Below, piece by piece: positions 8,547 to 17,187 of a DNA stretch of 27,378 nucleotides (position 1 is its first letter; each line of letters starts with the position of its first letter). Both the position numbers and the translations under genes were made by a program. Under the pieces are notes generated by a model, which saw only the letters and a program-made list of their open reading frames with translations, did no database searches and was not told where the DNA came from. The stretch is taken from contig JAWXCN010000192.1 of assembly GCA_034408725.1 (NCBI GenBank), positions 1-27,378 of the forward strand. Direction: 5' to 3'. The DNA comes from Candidatus Hydrogenedentota bacterium. GTDB lineage: Bacteria; Hydrogenedentota; Hydrogenedentia; Hydrogenedentales; SLHB01.

Positions 8547-11090
8547 GTGTATCGATACCAGTTGAGCTTTGCCCTATGTGCTGTTGTGCTTGGCATTTTC
8601 CCAACGGTGGTTGCCCGAAGCGCAACGCTCCAGGATTTTGACAAGGGCAATGGTATATGCGCGAAAGGCGCGACATGCGCCACGCTCACCATTGAAAACG
8701 ATCCCGCGCCGGCCCTGTTCGCCGGCGGGCCGACCGGACTCGGACGGTTCTTGCGGCTGGGCTACGCCTCGCCCGAGGAAATCCCCAATTTCAACACGGT
8801 ATCCTTCGAGCAAACGGACCCGGCGGCGGACCTTGTCATCGTCGATTTTGATTTTCGCATTACGACGGCGCATACCCGGGGAGATGGATTCGGGTTCTCG
8901 TTCCTTGATGTCGCGCAGTTCGGAGCAACCGGAACCCAGGAAGGCGCGGGTGAAGAGCCTGGTTTTTCCAATTCCGTTGGCGTCGGGTTTGATATTCACG
9001 AGAACGAAGACCTCGACGATCTCGGCAACGACAGTGTAAGACAGGATTTCAGCAACAGTATTTCGCTGCATTTCAACGGCGTTCGCGCGCAGGCGGACGT
9101 TTCGCCGATTATCGATCTCGCTTGCGGGTTGTGGCTCCATGCGCGCGTCGTCATGCGTTTTGGCGGCGGCTTTTCGGACGTCAGCGTGCTGCTGGGTGCG
9201 CCCGAAGGTGAACTCGAGCCGGTCTTCGATCAGTTTCACATTGATGGCCTCGCGCCGTACGCGGGACGGGCGCATTTTGGCGCGCGTTCGGGCGGAGAGA
9301 CCGCGGATGTCGATATCGACAACATTCGCATCGAATATGCCTCGCTGAACGTCCCGATGTTCAGCCTGTCGGGGTCGCACTATCGTGTGCATGAAAACAG
9401 CGGCGTAGCGGAAATTGACGTGTTGCGTGCGGGCGACGTATCCGCGCCAGGCATGGTCAATCTCGTTGCGCTCGATTCTGGCGACGCCGGGGATGGCAGC
9501 GACTTCGGCGGCGGCGCCATTCAGGTGTCATTCGCGGCCGGCGAAACAGTGAAAGCCGTGCCCTTTGCAGTGACGGACGATAGCGACTTGGAAAACGACG
9601 AACTGTTCGAGGTGGTGTTGCGCAATCCGCGAAACGGCGCCATCCTCGCGGGGCCTGCCGCAGCAGGCGTATCCATCATCGATAATGAGACTGCCAAGAA
9701 GAAAGGCGCGTGGGACAGGCTCTACAACTGGCCCAATGTCGCCGTACACATGCACCTGCTGCCGAACAAAACGGTGGCGATTTGGGACAGGCTCGGAGCG
9801 GCGGCGCTTTGGAACCCCGAAACCGGCGAGGCCGCACTGAGCACTACACCGGGCTACAATTTGTTTTGCAGTGGGCACGCGTTCCTGCCGAATGGAAATC
9901 TTCTGATCACCGGGGGCCACGCGGATCTTGGCGGACATCCAAATTCGGACGGCGTGGGGGAGATTGAAGCCTCGCTCTATGTGGCAGAGACCGATTCGTG
10001 GCTGGCATTGCCCAATATGAACGCGCGCAGATGGTATCCCACCAATTTCGTGTTGCCCAACGGCGACGTGTTGGTCCTGTCTGGCACCATCAACGGGTTC
10101 GCCAGTAAAAATACCCTGCCGCAGGTGTGGGAGGTTGAGAATTCCGCTTGGCGGAACCTGACCACCGCGGACGAAGGATTCCCTCTGGGCGTCGATCTCT
10201 ATCCGCGCATGTTTCTCACACCCGACGGCCTCGTTTTCAAGGCGGGTATGGACGCATTTTGTTATTACCTGGATACTTCTGGCACAGGCGCGTGGATACC
10301 CGGCCCGACCACGAAATCGGGCTTTCATCTATACGGCGCCGCGACGCAGTACGCGCCGGGCAAAATTGTCACGGTGGGCGGCAGCGATATTAGCCTGGAA
10401 GGCGAAGCGGGCATCAAACCTAACCGTAAAACCGAGGTCATTGACCTTGCGGATGACGACCCGAAATGGCGCACTGTCAAGTCGATGAAGAATGCCCGGC
10501 GCCAGCACAACGCGACTGTGCTACCTGACGGAACGGTGTTGATAACCGGCGGCACCAGCGGCCTCGGATTCACGAACCCGACGACGCCGGTATTCGCAGC
10601 GGAAGTCTGGAACCCTGAAACGGAGAAATGGCGGGAACTTGCATCCATGCGCGTGCCGCGGATTTACCATAGTTCGGCGTTCCTGCTGCCGGACGGGCGC
10701 GTGATCTCCGCTGGCGGCGGACAGGGCGGTGGAGAAACTCCGAATTTTCAAAACCTCGCTGAGGTTTACATGCCGCCGTATTTGTTCAAAGGCCAAAGGC
10801 CGGCCATAGTCAGCGCGCCTGAAACCATCGGCTATGGCGAACTGTTTAGCGTCGAAACCACACAGATCACGCGTATCGAAACGGTTTCGTTGATCCGTCT
10901 GCCCTCGGTAACCCACGGTTACGACATGAACCAGAACTATGTCCCGCTGGCATTCACGCCAGGCGCAACCGCGCTTAACGTCACTGCGCCGGCCAATGGT
11001 ATTATCGCCCCACCGGGACATTACATGCTGTTCGTGGTAAATAATAAGGGTGTTCCGTCGGTCGCGGAGATCGTGCAGCTTACGCTGTAA
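8547..11090 (+). CDS. Secreted copper radical oxidase (galactose/glyoxal oxidase-like, Kelch + DUF1929) with N-terminal lectin-like and Calx-beta domains
   Basis: Signal peptide; GDGFGF/VGVGFD lectin-like beta-sandwich; Calx-beta (FAAGETVK...DDSDLENDELFEVVL); Kelch repeats LPNG/LPDG. Active-site motifs NLFCSGH, RWYPT, RIYHSSA and VTHGYDMNQ; C-terminal APPGHYMLFVV...GVPS. AAGGAG SD before GTG. Confidence 0.88.
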   Translation: MYRYQLSFALCAVVLGIFPTVVARSATLQDFDKGNGICAKGATCATLTIENDPAPALFAGGPTGLGRFLRLGYASPEEIPNFNTVSFEQTDPAADLVIVDFDFRITTAHTRGDGFGFSFLDVAQFGATGTQEGAGEEPGFSNSVGVGFDIHENEDLDDLGNDSVRQDFSNSISLHFNGVRAQADVSPIIDLACGLWLHARVVMRFGGGFSDVSVLLGAPEGELEPVFDQFHIDGLAPYAGRAHFGARSGGETADVDIDNIRIEYASLNVPMFSLSGSHYRVHENSGVAEIDVLRAGDVSAPGMVNLVALDSGDAGDGSDFGGGAIQVSFAAGETVKAVPFAVTDDSDLENDELFEVVLRNPRNGAILAGPAAAGVSIIDNETAKKKGAWDRLYNWPNVAVHMHLLPNKTVAIWDRLGAAALWNPETGEAALSTTPGYNLFCSGHAFLPNGNLLITGGHADLGGHPNSDGVGEIEASLYVAETDSWLALPNMNARRWYPTNFVLPNGDVLVLSGTINGFASKNTLPQVWEVENSAWRNLTTADEGFPLGVDLYPRMFLTPDGLVFKAGMDAFCYYLDTSGTGAWIPGPTTKSGFHLYGAATQYAPGKIVTVGGSDISLEGEAGIKPNRKTEVIDLADDDPKWRTVKSMKNARRQHNATVLPDGTVLITGGTSGLGFTNPTTPVFAAEVWNPETEKWRELASMRVPRIYHSSAFLLPDGRVISAGGGQGGGETPNFQNLAEVYMPPYLFKGQRPAIVSAPETIGYGELFSVETTQITRIETVSLIRLPSVTHGYDMNQNYVPLAFTPGATALNVTAPANGIIAPPGHYMLFVVNNKGVPSVAEIVQLTL

Positions 11091-11177
11091 CATGGAAAAT
11101 TTTTAGATTCTGCCACGGGTTGGTTTAGATGGCGGTAGATGGGGTCCGTAGCATGGGTAATTGAGAGGAAGTAACTT

Positions 11178-12047
11178 GTGATTGTTAACCAATGCAGGTG
11201 CGCGCCAGTCTGCTGTTTCGTGTTCATGGTCTTGGCCGCGTTGTCCGGTTGCGATAGGACGTCGAATTCACAACAGGGTCTCGATTCCCTCGGCAGCACA
11301 AAATTTCATCGCGCTGCGCGCGCGGGCGACGTTGCAACAGTGACTGCAATGCTTCGGGAGGGCGCGTCACCCGATGTGTTGGATGCGGACGGCGTGACCG
11401 CGTTGCACCGCGCCGCGAGGGACGGCAGGACTGACATTGCGCAGGCGCTGCTCGATAATTACGCGAACTCAAATTTAACGACTGGGCCCGGCTGGACGGC
11501 CTTGCAACTTGCGGTCAAATACCAGCGCGTCGATATCGTGCGCCAACTGCTGCAATACAATGCCAACCCCGACCTGGCCGCGCCCGAAGGACCGTTGCCA
11601 CTGACCGAGGCCATCTCGACGCACAATGACGAGGTGGTGCGATTGCTTCTGATGGATTGGCCGCAATGGGAGATGCAAAAAATTATACATGAAGACCGGA
11701 GCGTCGAGTACAAGATGAACACGCTTGGGACCCGCACCGCGAACGTCAACCTGCAGGATGGAAAAGGCATTACCCCGCTGTTCGCGGCGGTGGCGATTGG
11801 CAATCACATTGTTGCTTCGGAGCTACTTGGAAAGGGCGCCGAACCGGATGGAAAAACAATAGACGGCAGCGCGCCGATCCATCTCGCGTCAAAATCGGGA
11901 ACTGATTACATGGTGAAGCTGTTGATCGACCGCGGCGCGAATCCCAATATGAGGGACGGACAAAACGAAACCCCGTTAACCATTGCCGAGCGCAGAAATG
12001 ATCCGGTAATTGTGCAGCTTATCTGGGATCGCGGCGGGCGGCGGTAG
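11178..12047 (+). CDS. Ankyrin-repeat protein, probable lipoprotein
   Basis: Multiple ankyrin repeats (GVTALHRAA, GWTALQLAV, GITPLFAAV, GSAPIHLAS, NETPLTIAE) and lipobox-like LAALSGC. Confidence 0.9.
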   Translation: MIVNQCRCAPVCCFVFMVLAALSGCDRTSNSQQGLDSLGSTKFHRAARAGDVATVTAMLREGASPDVLDADGVTALHRAARDGRTDIAQALLDNYANSNLTTGPGWTALQLAVKYQRVDIVRQLLQYNANPDLAAPEGPLPLTEAISTHNDEVVRLLLMDWPQWEMQKIIHEDRSVEYKMNTLGTRTANVNLQDGKGITPLFAAVAIGNHIVASELLGKGAEPDGKTIDGSAPIHLASKSGTDYMVKLLIDRGANPNMRDGQNETPLTIAERRNDPVIVQLIWDRGGRR

Positions 12048-12098
12048 TGTGAAGATTCGCCAGACGATATTAGCCTATAATGGCAAGTCACGTCATGC

Positions 12099-12123
12099 AA
12101 TCTAAAATCTAAAATCTAAAATC
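12099..12123. repeat. Heptamer tandem repeat (AATCTAA) x3.6
   Basis: aatctaa aatctaa aatctaa aatc between the convergent ankyrin and DUF1559 genes. Confidence 0.9.
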
Positions 12124-12125
12124 GG

Positions 12126-12968
12126 CTACACGCCTAGCGCGTCCAATATTTCCGCCCACGCGCGGCTGCACGGAAAATCCCCGGGATAGCGCACAAACTC
12201 GACATGCCCGTCCATGAACAGCACGTTGCCACCACCCGGGACGTGATTGAATTCCATGACGTCCATGTGGACTTTGTCGAACATCATGGGAAGCGCGCTT
12301 TGCGACACGCTCGTGAGCGATGGGTTGTTGATGTCTTTGATAAAAAAACGTTCGATGCCTTCCTTGAAGCGCATGACTTTTTGTTCCTCGCCGGAGTCGT
12401 CCACAAAGGCCCAATCAGAATTGAACCCTGATGAGGGTCCGTTGAGCAGGAGATTGTGGAAAGCATCGAAGAACGACGGGGACATGTCCAGGGTCGCTGG
12501 CTCAGCCAGCCAGGGCGAGCGCAGTACCCAGCCCACATAGACATACGACATGGAATCGAGCTGGCAGGGGTTGAACGAACCGCCCCGATACGATCCACCT
12601 GGACCGTCCGGACGCCGCCACCGCGGCCCATCCAGTTCCGCCATGCCTTCGGAATCCGATGGGCAGGCGAGCACGCGCGCGTCCGGCACATATTCCGGAT
12701 ACATTGCGCTGCCGGTAAACATCAGGACAGATGTGTTGGGCTGGTCGCAATTTGGACCGATGAGGTGCTGGATAGGGGGGAAATACTCGGAACTCTCGGA
12801 GGCGTACATCTTCAATGACAAGCCAAGCTGGCGCAGATTGCTTCCGCAGCTCACACGACGCGCAGCTTCGCGGGCGCGGGCGAGGGCCGGAAGGAGCATA
12901 CCCGCGAGGATCATGATGATCGTGATCACCACGAGCAGTTCAATCAGCGTGAACCCTGTCCGTTTCAT
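12126..12968 (-). CDS. DUF1559 / prepilin-type N-terminal methylation protein with H-X9-DG C-terminal motif (start at ATG 12968)
   Basis: [49 protein letters not shown] at the N-terminus and [18 protein letters not shown] at the C-terminus. GAGGAG SD and TATAAT (12999-12994) upstream. Confidence 0.93.
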   Translation of the reverse strand: MKRTGFTLIELLVVITIIMILAGMLLPALARAREAARRVSCGSNLRQLGLSLKMYASESSEYFPPIQHLIGPNCDQPNTSVLMFTGSAMYPEYVPDARVLACPSDSEGMAELDGPRWRRPDGPGGSYRGGSFNPCQLDSMSYVYVGWVLRSPWLAEPATLDMSPSFFDAFHNLLLNGPSSGFNSDWAFVDDSGEEQKVMRFKEGIERFFIKDINNPSLTSVSQSALPMMFDKVHMDVMEFNHVPGGGNVLFMDGHVEFVRYPGDFPCSRAWAEILDALGV

Positions 12969-13212
12969 CGGGGAACCACTCCTCCACGCTGCTATTATAC
13001 ACATTCAGGGTATATTTATTCGGTGGGATATGTTGTCGCAGGCTGTTTTGCGCGATTTGACGTCCACACTATCCTGTGGTATAGTTTCGCTGGTTTGACA
13101 CCTCTTGGGGCGGGTCTGCCCATTTTGGGCTTGGCCGCCCTGTTCCGTTGGCGGATGCGGGCAGTGCTAGTGTACGGTAACCCATTAAATGGCAATAAGT
13201 TGCAGGATACCG

Positions 13213-14964
13213 TTGGGCAAATATTCTCCAGAGATTAAGGCGCAGGTTCTCGCATCAACTGACATCGTCGAGTTGATTGGCGCCGCATTGGAGCTAAAGC
13301 CATCCGGTGGCGGAAGATTTCTTGGGCTCTGCCCGTTCCACAACGAGAAGACACCTTCGTTTAACGTCAGCCGGGACCGCCAGCAATTCTACTGTTTCGG
13401 ATGCGAAAAAGGTGGCGACGCGATCAGCTTTCTCATCGAGCACGAAGGTCTGACCTTTCCGGAAGCAATGCGAAAGCTCGCAGACCGCGCGGGGATTACA
13501 TTGCCCTCGCCGACGGACCACGACAACAAAGAGGATTACTTGCGGCGGCAACTGATCGAACTGAGTAGCTTTGCCGCCGGATATTTTGCTGATATGCTCA
13601 AAGACCCTCTGAAAGGCGGCGCCGCCCGCACGTATCTGAAGACCCGCAACCTCAAACCCGAAACGCACCGCCGCTTCGGGATCGGGTATGCACCGGATGG
13701 CTGGTCCTCGCTGCTTGACGCCGCACGTGTCAAGGGCTATCGCGACGCCGTTCTGGATGCATCGGGTCTCGTGAAACGCGGCGAACGCGGTTCCTTCTAC
13801 GATACGTTCCGAAACCGCTTAATAGTGCCCATCCGCGACGTGAGCGGAAACGTCGTCGCGTTTGGCGGGCGCGATCTCGCTGGTGACTCCCAGGCTAAAT
13901 ACATTAACAGCCCCGAGAGCATGATTTATAAAAAGGGCCGGATTCTATACGGCCTATACGAAGCGCGCGACGCCATGCGCAAGGAAAAGCGCGCGCTCCT
14001 GGTTGAAGGATACTTCGACCTCATGCGCTGTTTCGACGAGGGTGTCTGCAATGTCATCGCGACGTGCGGCACCGCATTGACCTCGGAGCAGGCCCAACTG
14101 ATTCGGCGGTATGTACCCGAAGTCATCGTTGTCTTCGATGGCGACGCGGCGGGTATCCGGGCCGCATTGCGCGGCATCGCTATCCTCACGGCAGCAGGCC
14201 TCACGGTACGGGCAATGACCTTGCCCGACGGTAACGACCCCGATGATTACATCCGCGACGCAGGTGTCGAGGCATTTCAACATTTGATCGATACCGCGCA
14301 GGACTTCGTCACCTTCTATGTCCGCATGAACGAACCGCGGCTTTCCACCATCGAAGGCCGGACCGACGTTGCGCGGGAAATTTTTACTATCGTGCAGAGT
14401 TTGGACGATACCCTGCGCACGGACGAGTACCTCAAGCGCACCGCGCGAGAATTGCAGTTGGATGAGTGGAGTGTGCGCCGCGAATATGAAACGGTGCTCC
14501 GGCGGCGTGAGGCGGGACGGTCCGTGCCGAAGGTTGAACTGTCGAGTGGGCCGAAGTTTACTCTTGACGATACCGATTTTATTGCTTATATCATTACAAA
14601 CGACGCCGCGCGAAAGCGCGCATCGCAATTCCTAAACGGCATTTTCCTGAAACCCGGGCCATTGGCCCAGGTATTAATTGCTGTACTGGCCGGCGATGCC
14701 ACGTCCATAACCGCGTTGGACGACGACCCCTCGCGCCAGTTGTTCGCGGCAGCCAGCAACCGCCACATCGAGCCGGAAGCGGGCGAAGAATTGCTCGAAA
14801 AACGTCTAAAAAGCCTGCGAAAAGAGTCCCTCCTGGATGAAGACGCCAACGTTCTCGCGCAAATGCGCGAAGCCAAACAACGGGGTGATACGACCGCCGA
14901 GGCCCAATTGGCGTTCCGGCGGGTGGGCATACGTCAAGAAATAGATAGGCTGGGCGCGGCATAA
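13213..14964 (+). CDS. dnaG: DNA primase (start uncertain: TTG 13213 or ATG 13189)
   Basis: CHC2 zinc finger CPFHNEKTPSF...YCFGC, FRNRLIVPI, FGGR, KYINSPE and TOPRIM VEGYFD...FDGDAAG...DPDD. Confidence 0.97.
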   Translation: MGKYSPEIKAQVLASTDIVELIGAALELKPSGGGRFLGLCPFHNEKTPSFNVSRDRQQFYCFGCEKGGDAISFLIEHEGLTFPEAMRKLADRAGITLPSPTDHDNKEDYLRRQLIELSSFAAGYFADMLKDPLKGGAARTYLKTRNLKPETHRRFGIGYAPDGWSSLLDAARVKGYRDAVLDASGLVKRGERGSFYDTFRNRLIVPIRDVSGNVVAFGGRDLAGDSQAKYINSPESMIYKKGRILYGLYEARDAMRKEKRALLVEGYFDLMRCFDEGVCNVIATCGTALTSEQAQLIRRYVPEVIVVFDGDAAGIRAALRGIAILTAAGLTVRAMTLPDGNDPDDYIRDAGVEAFQHLIDTAQDFVTFYVRMNEPRLSTIEGRTDVAREIFTIVQSLDDTLRTDEYLKRTARELQLDEWSVRREYETVLRRREAGRSVPKVELSSGPKFTLDDTDFIAYIITNDAARKRASQFLNGIFLKPGPLAQVLIAVLAGDATSITALDDDPSRQLFAAASNRHIEPEAGEELLEKRLKSLRKESLLDEDANVLAQMREAKQRGDTTAEAQLAFRRVGIRQEIDRLGAA

Positions 14965-15039
14965 GTCGCGCATTTCCGGCTGTTAGGTATAAGAAGCAGT
15001 ACAACTGACCAATCGCGTGAAGGGTGGACAGGATACGCT

Positions 15040-16818
15040 ATGGGCACCAAGATTTCGGCCGACCGTGAAGTGATGAAGTCGAAGGCGATCGAGCTTGCCA
15101 AGAAGAAAAAGGGCAAGCTCACCTACGACGATTTGAATGATTTGCTCCCCGCCGACAGCAAAGTCGACATCTCCGTCGAGATTGACGAGATGATGGTCAT
15201 GCTTAGCGGCATGGACATCGACATCGTCGATGAGCTTCGCGTCGATGCGGAGACCAAACAGGTCCAGGAAGAGAAAGACAAGGCTGCGCGCCGCGCCGAG
15301 GCGCGTAAGGAAGCCGCGCAGACCCGTCTTGAACGCGCGGACGATCCCGTGCGGATGTATCTACGCGAGATGGGTCGCGTCCCTCTCCTCACCAAGGATC
15401 AGGAAGTTGCGATTGCCAAGCGCATCGAAGCGGCGGAGAACGATCTTACCGAGCTTCTGCTGAGCACGCCTTACACCTTCAAGGAAGTGTCGATGCTTGC
15501 CGCGCGCATCCTCGCCGGCCGCATGAGCTTTGGCCAGATCACGGAAGTCGAAGAGCCGAAGGAACACGAAAAGTTTCTCAAGAAACTTCCGGGCATGATG
15601 GAGCAGATGAACCATCATGAAGCGCAGATCGAGCTTCAGGAAAAACGCGCGCGCCGCTCCGGACTTTCCGACCGCAGCATCGACAACATTTTGCATCGCG
15701 TGCTCGAACTGCGCCACATGCAGGCCGACATTGTCCGCGAGTTCCGCCTGAAGACCAAAGAGATCATGAAAATCGCGCGCAAGATTAAAAGTCTCAAGCG
15801 CCGAATCCAGTCTTCCCGCGACGAAATTGATCGGGTCGAGCGCGAGATTGGGTTCTCGACGGAAGAAGTCCGCGCGATGGGCGTGCAGCTCCGGCGCAGC
15901 GCCTCCGCCGCGAACAAGCTCGGCGTGGACCGGGATCAGATTTTCGATGCCGAACGGCGCCTTGATCTTGCAAATCGCAAAGTCAACCAGATCGAGATGG
16001 ATTCCAAACTGAATTCGGACCAGATCACCGTGCTCATCGACACGATTAAAGAGAAAGAAGAGCGCATTTACAAAGCGAAGATGGAGCTTGTCGAGGCCAA
16101 CCTTCGTCTTGTTGTCAGTATCGGTAAGAAATACACGAACCGCGGCATGTCGTTCCTTGACCTGATCCAGGAAGGCAACATCGGCCTGATGAAAGCGGTG
16201 GACAAGTTCGAATACCAGCGCGGCTACAAGTTCAGCACGTACGCGACGTGGTGGATTCGCCAGGCCATCACGCGCTCCATCGCGGACCAGGCGCGCACCA
16301 TCCGAATTCCCGTACACATGATCGAATCGATCAACAAGCTTGTCCGCACCAGCCGCCGGCTTGTGCAGGAATACGGCCGCGAACCCAGCGCCGAGGAAAT
16401 TGCCGAGCAGATGCAAATGTCCGCGGACAAGGTCCGCAGCATCCTTAAAATTGCGCAGGAAGCCATCAGCCTCGAAACGCCCGTGGGCGATGACGGCGAC
16501 AGCAACTTCGGCGACTTCATCGAAGACAAGAGCGCGGAGTCTCCCGCGAACGCGACGGCGTTCACCGTGTTCCAGGAAAAGCTCGACGAAGTGCTTTCCT
16601 CGCTCACGGAGCGCGAAGAAAAAGTGCTACGCCTCCGCTTCGGCCTTGGCGACGGTTACCCGCGCACGCTCGAAGAAGTTGGCAGCGTGTTCAACGTCAC
16701 CCGCGAACGCGTCCGCCAGATAGAAGCCAAAGCGCTTCGCAAAATGCGACACCCGACCCGCGCGCGCGACCTCAAGCCGTTTCTCGATTGGACACTGGGA
16801 CAGAACAGCAACAATTAG
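15040..16818 (+). CDS. rpoD: Primary RNA polymerase sigma factor RpoD
   Basis: Region 1.1; [12 protein letters not shown]; non-conserved region; [33 protein letters not shown]; region 4 [21 protein letters not shown]. Confidence 0.98.
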   Translation: MGTKISADREVMKSKAIELAKKKKGKLTYDDLNDLLPADSKVDISVEIDEMMVMLSGMDIDIVDELRVDAETKQVQEEKDKAARRAEARKEAAQTRLERADDPVRMYLREMGRVPLLTKDQEVAIAKRIEAAENDLTELLLSTPYTFKEVSMLAARILAGRMSFGQITEVEEPKEHEKFLKKLPGMMEQMNHHEAQIELQEKRARRSGLSDRSIDNILHRVLELRHMQADIVREFRLKTKEIMKIARKIKSLKRRIQSSRDEIDRVEREIGFSTEEVRAMGVQLRRSASAANKLGVDRDQIFDAERRLDLANRKVNQIEMDSKLNSDQITVLIDTIKEKEERIYKAKMELVEANLRLVVSIGKKYTNRGMSFLDLIQEGNIGLMKAVDKFEYQRGYKFSTYATWWIRQAITRSIADQARTIRIPVHMIESINKLVRTSRRLVQEYGREPSAEEIAEQMQMSADKVRSILKIAQEAISLETPVGDDGDSNFGDFIEDKSAESPANATAFTVFQEKLDEVLSSLTEREEKVLRLRFGLGDGYPRTLEEVGSVFNVTRERVRQIEAKALRKMRHPTRARDLKPFLDWTLGQNSNN

Positions 16819-16829
16819 GAATTGGCTGG

Positions 16830-17085
16830 ACTCCAAGCGGGAGCTTCCGGCGCGCGCGTTCCCAAAGCTGGGAGCTTTGGGAACGAGGGGTCTGGTGAAG
16901 TCGCGGAACACAGCTTCGGGCATGCCCGTTCCCCAGAAACGAGGGGTCTAGTGAAGTCGCGGAACTCAGCTTCGGGCATGCCCGTTCCCCACAGCAGGAG
17001 CTTCGGAACGCGGAGTCTGGTGGCGGCTCCCGCAGCGTAACGCGGCCCCGCATTCACTCCTCCTTTGAAGGGGGGCAGGGGGGAT
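16830..17085. repeat. REP/BIME-like palindromic repeat cluster between rpoD and the tRNA
   Basis: Perfect 13-bp hairpin CGTTCCCAAAGCT-GGG-AGCTTTGGGAACG (16857-16885). A 54-bp direct repeat (16882-16935 and 16938-16991, 2 mismatches) carries the palindrome CGGGCATGCCCG in each copy. Degenerate hairpin at 16983-17010, and TCCTCCTTTGAAGGGGGG...GGGGGGA at about 17058-17085. Confidence 0.8.
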
Positions 17086-17110
17086 GTTACCCTCTCACTC
17101 ACACCCATGT

Positions 17111-17187
17111 GGGCCCATAGCTCAGTTGGTTAGAGCAGGTGACTCATAATCACTTGGTCGTAGGTTCGAGTCCTACTGGGCCCACCA
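17111..17187 (+). tRNA. tRNA with anticodon CAT, most likely tRNA-Ile2 (lysidine-modified)
   Basis: Cloverleaf: acceptor GGGCCCA/TGGGCCC-A-CCA, D arm GCTCAGTTGGTTAGAGC, anticodon arm GGTGA-CTCATAA-TCACT, T arm GTAGG-TTCGAGT-CCTAC. C4-G69/C5-G68 pairs and overall resemblance to ileX-type tRNAs. No C1 mismatch or three G-C anticodon pairs, so it is not the initiator. Confidence 0.93.

Noticed and set aside
16857-17010. Possible CRISPR mini-array
   Set aside because: The two 54-bp units are near-identical along their whole length with no unique spacers, and no cas genes are present. A REP-like duplication explains it better.
16772-17108. Short ORFs over the rpoD-tRNA spacer (16772-17053, 16815-17108, 16822-17040)
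   Set aside because: Their internal peptide repeats simply reflect the DNA repeats, and there is no coding evidence.
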